A stretch of 64,000 nucleotides of DNA from an uncultured Nitrospirales bacterium (GCA_964537975.1 CAZIDP010000021.1:4264-68263); one strand, 5' to 3'; counted from the first letter of the stretch, positions 1 to 10,600 are shown. Notes: generated by a model from the letters alone, not told the origin. Made by a program: numbers and translations.

Positions 1-197
1 AATCCTAAAAAAGAGGCCATGGGGACAGGTTTTCAGCTGCTGGACAAGCGGCCAGGACTTTTTTAGCGCAACCAACGCACCTTACGCATTCCGAACCCAC
101 CTTTTAAGCTTTTTAGAAAATTATAGATTACTTATCTATGCAACTGCAACAGAAATTATTGCTATCGACGGTCTTTTTGAACCGCACAAATAATTGT

Positions 198-225
198 TTG
201 ACTTCTAACATTCGTGTGATATACT
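198..225 (+). promoter_or_regulatory. Candidate sigma70-type promoter: TTGACT, 16 bp spacer, TATACT with TGn extension, about 45 nt upstream of the 274 start codon
   Basis: Seen in sequence: ttgact at 198-203 and tgaTATACT at 217-225. A GGGAG Shine-Dalgarno lies about 10 nt before the ATG at 274. Confidence 0.4.
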
Positions 226-273
226 ATCGCACAGGTAGCTTTGTAGACCGGGTTACCAGGGAGAACCGGGATT

Positions 274-3200
274 ATGCCAATCGACGATGAAATACAACAG
301 ATTCGCAACGAGCTGAAACTATTGGAGCTTCAAGTAGGGTTCCTTACCCGGCGTCTAGACGAAGCAGAGGCACAGCACCGTTCGCAGGAGGTCGAAGTAC
401 CCCCATCGGTCGACTCCGCCGCGCATTCCAAGGAGTCGAGGTATATACCGCCGAGCATACCGCCGCTCCCACCGGCACGAGCATCGTCGCAGACGTCGGA
501 AAGCACCCTGGTGAACATAGCCCCACCAGTCACGTCCCTGCCGAAATCTCCGGCTTTGCTTCCGACGAAACCTGTTGCTGTGACACCTGCCTCAACACAC
601 CCACTCCCTCAGCGAAAGAAGAAGCCCCGGCGATTTGGACCACCAGAAGATATGAGCTTTGAAATGGCCCTGGGTAGCTATTGGCTCCCCCGTGTGGGGA
701 TATTGCTCGTGGCGATCGGCACGGTGTGGGGTTTCACCTACGTCGCGCAGCAATTCAAAGACGCCGTCTGGATGCCCTATGCCCGCGTGGGCCTCGGCTA
801 TTTCCTCAGCTTCGGCCTGCTCGGTGTGGGGCGTGCCCTGGAGACGAAATACACCAATTACGCACGCGTCCTCATGGGAGGCGGCTTCGGACTCATCTAT
901 TTTGTGACCTTCGCCACATGGTACATTCCCGGCACGCGTATTACGCCCAGTCAGGAATTCACCTTGCTGTTACTCGCGCTCCTGGTGGCTGTTTGGGGTG
1001 CCCTCGCTCACTGGCGTCGATCACAGCTCATCGCCCTGACCATGACCCTGCTAGGCCACTTTACGGTGGCCCTGTCTACGCTCTCGCTGGAATCGCCCAG
1101 TCGTGCGGCGGTGGGCGGTCTCCTGCTACTTGGTATTGGCAGTGCCTGGTTCCTTGTGCGCCATGGCTGGTTCGTCGTGGCCATGACCGCCATGATCGGC
1201 AGTTACCTGAATCAGTTCTTCTGGCTTGCAAGGTCTCCCGGCAGCGACGCGCCTGTCGATTTCATGATCGGTATGGCGGTGCTCGCTGCCTATCTCGTCA
1301 CTTATGCCCTGGCCGAATTTCTCACGCCCCCTGCGCGCCGCACAGCATCTCCGCGAATCCAAAACATTTTTGTGACGCTCAACACCACGGGCTTTGTTCT
1401 TCTCGGGCTGGGGCTGATCCGTGCCTTTCCCTTTGCCCGTCCCTACGAGCATTTCCTCTATTTCGCCACAGCCCTATTTACCCTCACCATGGGTCTGGCG
1501 TACCTCCAGCGATACGGGAAGGTCCGGATCGCTACGATGTATTTTACCAAGACTTCTGTTCTCGTGACCCTGGGCTTGGCTACCTGGCTGGATGGATCAA
1601 CCTTGACCTTGTCGCTGGCATTGCAAGCCCTGGTGCTCCTGTTCACGGCGCGTTACGCCCGGGAACATGCGGGACGCCTCCTCTCGCTGGCGGTGGCACT
1701 CGTGGCCTTTGTGCATGGTCTTTATGTGATTCTATACGTAAACCTGCCCGCTCGAGGTGAAGCAGGCTTTGCGGGTGAGGTGGCCGTGGCACTGACCATC
1801 GTGGCCCTCTTCGTCGTCCTGGTAGAAGTGTATCGGGTAACGCCCTGGCAGACTTTTCCGTTCAGCACCTTTCCGAACGCGTCGGTCCTTAACCGTCTCT
1901 GTGCGATCTTAGAAATGCATCCCGAAGGCTATGCGGGTGGCCCAGGAGAAAGCCGGATGATTTTCACCCATGGCCTGGCCTTCTTGGGCACAGCCCTCTT
2001 CGGGGGCTACTGCGTATCACTCTTGTCGCCGGGGGGCACACTCCTCGGCTTGGGTTTCGGTGCGCTGCTCGTGGCCGCTGTGGCGCTCTTCCGGGCTTCC
2101 GTACCCCTGCTCTCCGCCACGGTCTTTATGATTCTGTTTATTGGCTGGTCTTTTGCTAACGTACTCCACGATAGCGAGACAGTATCCAAGGCAGTATTGG
2201 CCCTCGGCGCAATTGCGCCTCTGTTCCTCCTTTCCGAGGCCTACGGCATGCTGGTGCCCCGACGCTTTGCAGCCTATGCGCAGCTTAACGACATTCAGGG
2301 GGCCTGGTACCGCAACCACCATCACCTGGCCCTGGGTTGCGCAGCACTGGCAGCCATCCTTGTCATGTTTTTCGCTGCCGTACGCTTTCCCACAGAACAG
2401 GCATTGCTTTTGTGTGGCTCACTGGCCTTGGCGGCTACCGTCTATGGTACCATCACGGGCAGCGTCAACCTGGGGCTTGCCGGGTTGCTTCTGGTGCTTT
2501 TCACTGGATGCTACTCCATAGAAGCCACCTCCGAAATGACCCAACCCTGGATGGCCACTATCGGCCTGGTGATTGCAACCATCGCCGCGACCGCTGTGGA
2601 ACGCCGCTGGTGGGGAGCGCGGGCCGGCCTGGCTCTCCATCACCTCTTACCCGCACCCTATGTTGCTTACGGCGCTATCGCTTGGGGTGGTATGTGGCTC
2701 CTGAACGCGAATTATCTCTACCCGGTACTACCCGTGACCTTAGTCCTCTTAGCTGTCGCTTTCGGGGTCGCACTACCATGGCTTCATCGCCGTGCTATGG
2801 CCCTCGCAACGACGGCGATCACCCTGGTCGCCCTGGTCACCTGGGTGGGTACGGCAACGCCCGAAGTACCCGGCCCTTGGTTCCACGGGGCATTTGTTGC
2901 CCTTTTGGTGGTGGCTGTGGCAGGGGATCGGCTCTTCGCGTATTTCCAGCCCTTTCCTAAGCCCCTGTTGGGTCGCCTTCTGCTAGTGATCGCGTGGATA
3001 GCCTGCACCCACTACAATATAGAAATCACCAGCAACCTGCTGTACTATGTGGGCCTTGCTGGTGTAGCCCTGGCTTTCCTTGTTTATGGGGCTGCCTTCA
3101 AGACACGTACCGCAGTCGTCCTCTCCCTGGTCTCTGGAATCATGGCGTCCGTGCCGCTCTTGCTCATGCCCCTGAGTCCCGCTTCCATCGTATTGATTGT

Positions 3201-3684
3201 TGCCGCCTATGCTTCGGTCATCACCTATTGGCTCTGCACCGAGCGGGGCACAACCATCGTCCTCGAACGTACCGGCATTGAGCTCCTGACCGAATACCGT
3301 ATTCTGCTGAATATGGTCTTGACGGGGCTGCCCACCCTGCTCGGTATCGTGGCTCTGACACGTATCGAGGCGATCCACGATTACTACCTCACCATCGGTT
3401 GGACCGTCTGGGCGCTGGCTCTCTTCGTGTGGGCACTCACCACCCGCCAACCCTGGTTCCGATACGCGGCGCTTGCCACTATCGGACTCGCCACGTCCCG
3501 CGCCTTCTTTGTGGACGTGTGGAAGCTGGAGGGTCTCTATCGTGTAGGCGCTATGATTTTCCTAGGGCTGGCCCTGTTGAGCGTGGCCTATGGCTATACC
3601 CGGTGGCGTGCGATGCAGAAGGATGGAAATGCACCGGGTGATAGCAAGGAAGAACTTGACTCAGACCGCATGATTGAGGATTAA
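274..3684 (+). CDS. Large polytopic membrane protein, DUF2339-like: N-terminal coiled coil, proline-rich linker, then more than 25 predicted TM helices
   Basis: Uninterrupted 1136-aa ORF. N-terminus MPIDDEIQQIRNELKLLELQ is coiled-coil-like, followed by a P-rich segment and then long hydrophobic repeats. This architecture is typical of the DUF2339 family. GC is about 58-62%, clearly above the rest of the window. Antisense and alternate-frame ORFs inside it are treated as artefacts of the high GC. Confidence 0.7.
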   Translation: MPIDDEIQQIRNELKLLELQVGFLTRRLDEAEAQHRSQEVEVPPSVDSAAHSKESRYIPPSIPPLPPARASSQTSESTLVNIAPPVTSLPKSPALLPTKPVAVTPASTHPLPQRKKKPRRFGPPEDMSFEMALGSYWLPRVGILLVAIGTVWGFTYVAQQFKDAVWMPYARVGLGYFLSFGLLGVGRALETKYTNYARVLMGGGFGLIYFVTFATWYIPGTRITPSQEFTLLLLALLVAVWGALAHWRRSQLIALTMTLLGHFTVALSTLSLESPSRAAVGGLLLLGIGSAWFLVRHGWFVVAMTAMIGSYLNQFFWLARSPGSDAPVDFMIGMAVLAAYLVTYALAEFLTPPARRTASPRIQNIFVTLNTTGFVLLGLGLIRAFPFARPYEHFLYFATALFTLTMGLAYLQRYGKVRIATMYFTKTSVLVTLGLATWLDGSTLTLSLALQALVLLFTARYAREHAGRLLSLAVALVAFVHGLYVILYVNLPARGEAGFAGEVAVALTIVALFVVLVEVYRVTPWQTFPFSTFPNASVLNRLCAILEMHPEGYAGGPGESRMIFTHGLAFLGTALFGGYCVSLLSPGGTLLGLGFGALLVAAVALFRASVPLLSATVFMILFIGWSFANVLHDSETVSKAVLALGAIAPLFLLSEAYGMLVPRRFAAYAQLNDIQGAWYRNHHHLALGCAALAAILVMFFAAVRFPTEQALLLCGSLALAATVYGTITGSVNLGLAGLLLVLFTGCYSIEATSEMTQPWMATIGLVIATIAATAVERRWWGARAGLALHHLLPAPYVAYGAIAWGGMWLLNANYLYPVLPVTLVLLAVAFGVALPWLHRRAMALATTAITLVALVTWVGTATPEVPGPWFHGAFVALLVVAVAGDRLFAYFQPFPKPLLGRLLLVIAWIACTHYNIEITSNLLYYVGLAGVALAFLVYGAAFKTRTAVVLSLVSGIMASVPLLLMPLSPASIVLIVAAYASVITYWLCTERGTTIVLERTGIELLTEYRILLNMVLTGLPTLLGIVALTRIEAIHDYYLTIGWTVWALALFVWALTTRQPWFRYAALATIGLATSRAFFVDVWKLEGLYRVGAMIFLGLALLSVAYGYTRWRAMQKDGNAPGDSKEELDSDRMIED

Positions 3685-3951
3685 GCTGGTGGAGGGGAGA
3701 AGAATTCATGCGGTTGTTAGAATGAAGGTGTCCGATTTTCTACCATCTGTTTCGGACTCCAGTATATCGTGAATTTATCAATCAGATTACACATCAACTC
3801 GTGATACATATAAAGTGGTTCTCTGCTGATGGTGCAGTGGATGTACCCCAGCAAGAGTCCAATCTCCCGGATTATGTATTATTGATGCAGCATAATGTCA
3901 TAGAAAATAACATGATTCTAATATGAGATAATTATAGGGCATCGGGGTTCC

Positions 3952-4080
3952 TTTCGGTAGTAGCTTTCCTTGAAAAAAAGTTCACCGAATTGAGATTCCG
4001 AGGTCTTTTTTTTATAGCCCACCCAATTCGCACCAACAAGAAAGGGCTGCCTAACCTTCTGTCGCCGCCTGTCTGCCACC
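3952..4080. repeat. Intergenic repeat, copy A (about 129 bp), homologous to 15383-15513 at about 75-80% identity
   Basis: Hand alignment. Shared blocks are tcggtagta, gaaaaaaa, accgaaytgagaytccga, ccaccaacaaga and agggctgccytaccytctgtcgccgc. Same orientation as copy B. Confidence 0.6.
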
Positions 4081-4216
4081 TACTGTAATCTCTGATAACA
4101 GTTTTCAGGCATGGCATTTTCAGCTAAAGTGACTCAAGTCTATCTGTTATTAATGGAATTCAAAGGTTACGCCACAAGAGAATGGTACAAATCTGCTGCT
4201 CTGTTAGTTTATCAAC

Positions 4217-5878
4217 TTATTGGGGTAATGGCCTTCTGAGTCCCCATTTCTTCATACGAGAGAGCAAGGTAGTAGGGTTCACGCCCAGGAGCTCCGCTGC
4301 GCCATCGGGACCCTTGATCTTCCAGTTGGTCTTTTCGAGGATGATTAGGAGATTTTCTCGTTCGCGGCGTAGGAGTTCAACTTCGGTGAGATACTCCGAT
4401 TGTGCAATTTCCCTGGTAGGTATCATTGATTGAACCAGAGGCACAGGCTGACTGGCGATTGGCAAGTCGAAATCCAAGGTGCCACCATGTGCGAGAATAA
4501 CGGCTCGCTCGATCACATTGCGCAATTCTCGAACGTTTCCAGGCCAGTCGTAGCTTTGCAGTTTCACAACTCCTGTCCGCGTCAAACGCGGTTTGGTGCA
4601 TTTTAAGTCTCGCGTAGAGATTTCAACAAAGTGTTTCGCCAGTGATGGAATGTCATCGCGTCTTTCTCGGAGAGGTGGAACCTGAATAGGAAAAACATTT
4701 AATCGGTAATAAAGGTCTTCTCGGAACCGACCCATTGCAACTGCCTGTTTCAAGTCACGGTTGGTCGCAGCGATTATACGTATATCAGCGCGTCGTGTGT
4801 AATCGTCGCCGACGCGCTCATAACATTTTTCCTGGAGCACACGCAATAACTTGCTCTGAATATCAAGTGGGATTTCGCCTACCTCATCAAGGAAAATAGT
4901 GCCCCCCTCAGCGGTTTCAAAACGGCCTGCACGTTCTTTCACAGCGCCTGTAAATGAACCTTTTACGTGGCCGAAAAATTCGCTTTCAAAAAGTGCTCGT
5001 GGGATGGACGCGCAATTGACTCGAACCAAAGGACCTTCAAACCGCTTGCTGCGTCGGTGTATTTCGTGGGCCACTAATTCTTTACCGACGCCCGTTTCAC
5101 CGAGAATTAGTACTGAAGCTTCCGTTGGTGCAACCAGATCGATCTGGTTGACTATGTGTCTAAGCGGTTCACTCTGGCCGATTAGGTCGCCAAAAGCCTT
5201 TGCCTCAATGACCGCTTCCTCGAGATAAGAATTTTGAAGTTCCAGTTGCGCTTTAAGACGTTGAATTTCTTGAAAGGCGCGCGCGTTGGCAATGACTGAA
5301 CCAATTTGGTTCGAGACAACCTGTCCCCACAGACGTTGATCCTCTGGCCATTTCCCGCGAACGAAACCTGCTGATATGCCAAGAACCTCGCCTTTATACC
5401 GAATCGGACCTACCAAATACTCCTGAATACCTTCTTTTATCACCCATTCAATGCCTGTAATTGATGCTGGTGGAGCATCACCAGTTTTATTGAATATTGG
5501 CACATTGGTTACAGTAGATTTGCCGATTGGACCAACACCCAGTGGAACCCGTGCATTGAGATTCTCGAACGTTTTAGGCACGTCGCTGGATTCTTGTATA
5601 GAAGTCCCCATGGCCGCAACCAAGTGCAGGCAACGAGTATGATCGGGACATTGATTGTAGTGCAGGCAAGATGCACACAGATCGCCTTTGTCAATCAACC
5701 ATACTTGAACGAAGTCTACACATTGTGAACCACGCTCCACAAATCTCCTGAGTACATCATCCAACGACTGCTCACTGGCAATATCAATAAGCAGTCCCGC
5801 TGCGAACCAAGGGTCGAAACGATTTTCGCTGAGTAAGTTCATGTCTTCTATCTTATCCAGGAATGGTTGAAAAGTCAA
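4217..5878 (-). CDS. Sigma-54-dependent transcriptional activator (bacterial enhancer-binding protein): GAF sensor, AAA+ domain, Fis-type HTH
   Basis: Walker A GETGVGKE. Sigma-54 contact loop is GSFTGA, a variant of GAFTGA. C-terminal HTH is AAELLGVNPTTLLSRMKKWGL. The N-terminal GAF-like region carries CASCLHYNQCPDHTRC (CxxC-x5-C-x5-C). Confidence 0.85.
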   Translation of the reverse strand: MTFQPFLDKIEDMNLLSENRFDPWFAAGLLIDIASEQSLDDVLRRFVERGSQCVDFVQVWLIDKGDLCASCLHYNQCPDHTRCLHLVAAMGTSIQESSDVPKTFENLNARVPLGVGPIGKSTVTNVPIFNKTGDAPPASITGIEWVIKEGIQEYLVGPIRYKGEVLGISAGFVRGKWPEDQRLWGQVVSNQIGSVIANARAFQEIQRLKAQLELQNSYLEEAVIEAKAFGDLIGQSEPLRHIVNQIDLVAPTEASVLILGETGVGKELVAHEIHRRSKRFEGPLVRVNCASIPRALFESEFFGHVKGSFTGAVKERAGRFETAEGGTIFLDEVGEIPLDIQSKLLRVLQEKCYERVGDDYTRRADIRIIAATNRDLKQAVAMGRFREDLYYRLNVFPIQVPPLRERRDDIPSLAKHFVEISTRDLKCTKPRLTRTGVVKLQSYDWPGNVRELRNVIERAVILAHGGTLDFDLPIASQPVPLVQSMIPTREIAQSEYLTEVELLRRERENLLIILEKTNWKIKGPDGAAELLGVNPTTLLSRMKKWGLRRPLPQ

Positions 5879-5892
5879 CCTAAAATCGGATG

Positions 5893-5917
5893 ATTTTTCG
5901 TGCGTTCAATTTTTCGT
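5893..5917 (+). promoter_or_regulatory. Tandem direct repeat ATTTTTCGT x2 (starts 16 bp apart), about 90 bp upstream of the candidate sigma-54 promoter; possible activator or IHF site
   Basis: Seen in sequence: gATTTTTCGTgcgttcaATTTTTCGTatc. The function is inferred only. Confidence 0.2.
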
Positions 5918-5987
5918 ATCACATGTTGGAAAAAGATAGAGATCGTAAGTGTCTGTAAATAAATTGCTTATGAAAACAAGCTCGAAT

Positions 5988-6004
5988 TGGCATGTCAGGT
6001 GCTT
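5988..6004 (+). promoter_or_regulatory. Candidate sigma-54 (-24/-12) promoter TGGCATG-N4-GTGCTT
   Basis: GG at 5989-5990 and GC at 6001-6002, spaced 12 nt apart as in the consensus TGGCACG-N4-TTGCW. It lies between the divergently oriented sigma-54 activator gene and the thioredoxin-like/RND operon. A GGAG RBS sits at 6023-6026 and an ATG at 6039. Confidence 0.45.
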
Positions 6005-6038
6005 GTGAATTAATCACAACATGGAGACTGTCAAAACA

Positions 6039-6404
6039 ATGAATACAAAGCAAGACAACTCAGGACCCTTTCAGGTAGATACATCCAATTTTAGTTTGGA
6101 GGTACTTAAATCTAATTTACCAGTACTAACCGCATTCGCTACACAATGGAGTCGTCCATGTCAGGTACTTGCGTCGGTACTGGATGAAATGGCTTCATCG
6201 TGCTCTGGCATACTGAAAATTGCCTGGGTAAATGTCGACGAGAATCCAGACCTTGGCCAGTGGTACAACATCCAGGCTGTTCCCACACTTCTTTATTTTA
6301 TTGCTGGCAATGTCCGGTGCCGAATTGTCGGGACGGCTACCAAATCAGCCATTCTAACCAAATTGGAACGCATCACTTGCATTGATGAAAACATAGGAGA
6401 GTAG
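6039..6404 (+). CDS. Thioredoxin-fold protein with a non-canonical WSRPC active site (first Cys replaced by Ser)
   Basis: Thioredoxin-like signature in sequence order: F..WSRPCQ, VDENPDLGQWYNIQAVPTLLYF, GTATKSAI. The ORF is open from 6021, but the RBS favours the ATG at 6039. The stop is 5 nt before the membrane fusion protein gene. Confidence 0.7.
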   Translation: MNTKQDNSGPFQVDTSNFSLEVLKSNLPVLTAFATQWSRPCQVLASVLDEMASSCSGILKIAWVNVDENPDLGQWYNIQAVPTLLYFIAGNVRCRIVGTATKSAILTKLERITCIDENIGE

Positions 6405-6408
6405 TATT

Positions 6409-7641
6409 ATGATTAGCGATTTTTTTGCCAGCAACCGAACCATACAGTTGCTAAGCCTGATAAGCATGCGACGATGGGTAGCTTGTGTCGCTGTAGTCCT
6501 GGTAGTAGGTATTATGGCTGTGCTTTACTTCTCTCCTTTGGGAACAGTAGTAAATGAGCGTGTATATCGGCAGACATCAGTCGCAGTTGCCCACACCAAA
6601 GAGAATTTGTCATCGGCGCAAACAGATATGGTCCGTAAGGTAAAGGTGATGACGGTATCTTCTGAGAGCGAAGCTCTCGGACGCAATCTACCGGGTACAG
6701 TACGCGCATCGAAACGGGTGGAGCTCGCCTTCCAAATACATGGCAGGTTGATCGAGCTGACAGTACAAGAGGGACAACTTGTAGAAGAGGGAGAGATTCT
6801 GGCAAAGCTTGACCCACGGAATCTAGAGATCGCCGTGCGAAATGCCGAAAGTCAGGTTGAACGAGCACAGGCAGTTGTTCGTCTATCCACAATCGAGTGC
6901 GACCGACTTGAACGAGTTAAGAACGCTGAGCCTGGCGCCGTCGCCCAGAGCCAGATCGATCGTGCGGTAGAGCATCAGGCGATGGCCCATGCAGACCTTC
7001 TGACCAATATATCCGATCTCGATTTAGCCCAACTGCAATTGAGCTACACTTACCTGAGAGCACCTTTCACAGGGATTGTATCAAGCCGCGTTATTGATAA
7101 CTTCCAAGAGGTGCAAGCGAAGCAACCTATTATGACCATAGATGATCTCTCTGTAGTTGAAGTCGTAGTAGATATCCCAGAAGCGCTTATGGCGCCGGTT
7201 ATGCGTGCTGGTAGTCATCTTGCATATGCCGAGTTTGCTTCAGCTCCTGGCAAGAAGTATCCACTGACCTTGAAAGAGTATTCCACAAGAGCAAACCCAA
7301 CAACCCTCACTTATCAGGTAACTGGAGAAATGATACAGCCTGATGACGGCACCAAAGTCCTTCCAGGGATGACAGCCAATGTGTGGGCGGAGCCGAAGGA
7401 AGGTTTCAAACATTCGATCATCGTTCCAGCAGTTGCTGTTTTCACACCACAAGGAAAATCCCCGCACGTTTGGGTGGTCAATACAGTTGACATGACCGTT
7501 CATCTTCGTGAAGTGAAAACCGGAAATTTGGTCGGAACCGACAGTATCAAAATTGCGGAGGGGCTGCAAACTGGCGAAATGATTGCCATAACTGCCATCG
7601 CCGAACTCTGTGAAGGCATGAAAATTCAAAGCATTGAATAG
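6409..7641 (+). CDS. RND efflux periplasmic adaptor (membrane fusion protein, HlyD family)
   Basis: N-terminal TM anchor, coiled-coil hairpin region (ESQVERAQAVVRL...DLAQLQLSY) and beta-barrel/MP domains. It is immediately upstream of an RND pump gene. Confidence 0.85.
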   Translation: MISDFFASNRTIQLLSLISMRRWVACVAVVLVVGIMAVLYFSPLGTVVNERVYRQTSVAVAHTKENLSSAQTDMVRKVKVMTVSSESEALGRNLPGTVRASKRVELAFQIHGRLIELTVQEGQLVEEGEILAKLDPRNLEIAVRNAESQVERAQAVVRLSTIECDRLERVKNAEPGAVAQSQIDRAVEHQAMAHADLLTNISDLDLAQLQLSYTYLRAPFTGIVSSRVIDNFQEVQAKQPIMTIDDLSVVEVVVDIPEALMAPVMRAGSHLAYAEFASAPGKKYPLTLKEYSTRANPTTLTYQVTGEMIQPDDGTKVLPGMTANVWAEPKEGFKHSIIVPAVAVFTPQGKSPHVWVVNTVDMTVHLREVKTGNLVGTDSIKIAEGLQTGEMIAITAIAELCEGMKIQSIE

Positions 7642-7662
7642 GTTTAAGGGCATATCATTATA

Positions 7663-10600
7663 ATGAATATCGCAGAATACTCCATACGCAACAGTGTCGT
7701 TATCGTGGTGATAACGATTGTTCTACTCGGGGCTGGATACGTCTCTTTCCAAAGGCTCCCTCGTCTTGAAGAACCAGAATACACGATCAAAGAAGCGATC
7801 ATTATTACCACATACCCGGGAGCAACGGCCACCGAGGTAGAAGAAGAGGTTAGCGACGTCGTCGAGAAAGCTGCTCAACAGCTGGGACAACTCAATCGAG
7901 TTGAATCACGTTCCTCACATGGCCTGTCTATTGTGAAGGTTTTCATCAAAGAAGGCTACGAAAAAGAGGAGCTTCGCCAGGTCTGGGATGAGCTTCGCAG
8001 AAAAGTAAATGACTGCCAGATAGAATTGCCACCAGGCGCCGGTCCTTCCCTGGTCAACGACGACTTTGGAGATATCTATGGTGTGTACTTTGCACTCACT
8101 GGAGAGGGCTACACATACAAAGATTTGTACGAGACGGCAAAGTTTTTGCAACGGGAATTATTGCAGGTAACCGATGTCAAGCGTGTGGATATCCTGGGAA
8201 ACCAACAAGAGGTCATTTATGTCGAGATGCAACGCGAGAAAATGGCGGAACTCAGGATTTCTCCTCATGATATTTACGGTGCTCTGGCCTCTAAAAACCT
8301 TGTAACAAGTGCAGGAAAGGCCGTTGTAGGGCCTGAACGAATACCATTGAATCCAACCGGAGCGTTCACCTCTGAAAAGCAATTCAATGACTTGCTCGTA
8401 CGTGGTCGCTGGCCCAATGATGACTCTCTCGTGTATCTCGGGGACGTGGCCAATATCGTCCGTGGCTACCAGGAACCGCCGACAAACATTATCCAACATA
8501 ATAATAAACCGGCTGTTTGTATTGGGGTTTCTACGGTAGAAGGCGGCAATGTTGTTAAGATGGGGCAGGCGATCGACAATCGGATGCAGGAATTATTGCC
8601 ACAGATACCACTCGGTATTGAGATCGGAACTATAGCGCTTCAATCCAGAGAGGTCGTAATTGCGATTAAGAATTTCGTCATCAACTTGATTGAGGCTGTT
8701 CTTATTGTGATCGTCGTTCTCCTGATTTTCATGGGTCTTCGAAGCGGGTTGATCATCGGCACGGTGCTTCTTGTCACTATCATGGGGTCATTCATCTTCG
8801 TGGAGATGAAAGGTCTAATTCTTGAACGAGTTTCATTGGGCAGTTTAATCATTGCTTTGGGGATGCTGGTGGACAACGCCATTGTTGTAACTGACGGCAT
8901 GAGCGTTCGGATACAAGCAGGCAAGAATGCACTTGATGCGGCCAAAGAAGTCATTGGACAAACTGCGATACCGCTTCTAGGAGCCACTGTTATTGCAATC
9001 CTGGCTTTTGCACCTATCGGATTATCTCAAGACAACACTGGCGAGATTTGCCGTTCTTTGTTCTATGTAGTTCTCATTTCCTTGGGACTGAGTTGGTTCA
9101 CGGCGGTGACGACGACACCGTTACTTTGCCACACCTTTCTCAAGAAACCAAAACAAAATACACATTCAACTGGGAATAATTCCTACGCTGGTATCCTCTT
9201 CAGCATCTATAGAGGTATTCTTGGTGCCTGCATTCGCTTTCGTTGGGTCACGGTGACCGTAGTTGTCGCATTGTTTGTGCTGTCACTCATCAGTTTCAAT
9301 TCACTCAAACAGAACTTCTTCCCGGATTCGACCCGAACGCAATTCATGGTTGATTTCTGGTTTCCAGAGGGAACAAGGATAGAAGAAACAGCCGAGCGCA
9401 TTTGGAAAGCAGAGGATCACCTCCGACAGCTGGAGGGTGTGGATAGCGTAACCAGTACTGTGGGCCGTGGCAATATGCGTTTTGTTCTTGTGTACTCACC
9501 AGAATTATCCTGGGACGCATACGCGCAGTGCTTGGTGGATGTGGCCGACTATCGCAAGATTCCCGAAATCATCGAGGTGGCCGAAGATGAATTAGGTGCC
9601 ATGTTCCCCGATGCCAATATAACCGGTCAAGCTTTCATCAACGGCCCAGGTGGACCGGGAAAAGTACGTGTCAGGATAACCGGGCCCGATTCGGAGGTCC
9701 TGCGAGAACTTGCCGAAAAAACCAAACACATAATGGAGGACAGTCCAAGAGCTAAGGGGGTGCGCACGGATTGGCGTAGTAAGACCAAGATACTCAAACC
9801 TCTAGTGGCGGAGACCCAGGCAAGAATGCTGGGTATTGAACGACCTCAAGTAGCACAAGCGTTTGAAGCGGCTCTAGAAGGTACTGTTGTTGGAGTATAT
9901 CGAGATAAAGATGAGCTGTTGCCTATCGTTGCGCGATCGCCAGAGAAGGAACGATTGAGTCTCAACGACCTCAATTCAGTACAGGTCTGGAGTCCGACAG
10001 CACTGCAAATGGTTTCTATGGAGCAGGTTCTCACGGGATTTACCACTGAGTTCGAGGACCCTTATATCTGGCGTAGGAATCGCGCAAAAACAATTACTGT
10101 TTTTGCCAATCCCAAGATGGGACTCGCCAGCGAGCTCTTCCGGGACGTCAAGGTTGAAGTTGAGAAAGGGTTGAATGTGGATGTCGAACAGATATTGGGA
10201 AAGACTCCAACCCGGCACACCTTCACCACGATCCCTGTTAAGGATGCACATATGCTGCCCCTAAAGGGGATGCCAGGTTATTACATGGCCTGGGGCGGTC
10301 AAGCCGAGGACTCAGCCAAGGCGACGGCGAACCTTGCAAAGAACTACCCACCGATTCTGGGTATGATGATATTCATTACGATTCTACTATTTCGGAACAT
10401 TCGAAAGACATTGGTTATCTGGTTGATGGTCCCGACGGCTATTATTGGCGTGACAATCGGTCTGATTCTGTGCAATCAGCCTTTCGGTTTCATGCCGCTC
10501 CTGGGGCTTTTATCACTCTCTGGAATGCTGATCAAATGCGCTATTGTCCTCATTGATGAAATCGGTGCACAAACAGATTCGGGTAAGCATCCATTCCATG

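Noticed and set aside
330-3450. Numerous 60-360-aa ORFs in alternative frames and antisense inside the 274-3684 gene, such as 681-1760 and 2983-3450
   Set aside because: All lie within a single long ORF that has a coherent TM-repeat architecture. The high GC suppresses stop codons in other frames, and the translations are low-complexity Arg/Pro/Ala-rich.
3932-4117. 61-aa minus-strand ORF inside repeat copy A
   Set aside because: The homologous position in copy B (15383-15513) has an in-frame TAG, so conservation is at the nucleotide level and not protein coding.
3685-4216. tRNA or tmRNA genes in the large intergenic regions (also 13590-14180, 14800-15040, 15520-15700, 30261-30880, 58911-59180)
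   Set aside because: By eye, no cloverleaf-compatible segment with a GTTCRA T-arm box was found. A tRNAscan run would be needed to exclude this formally.
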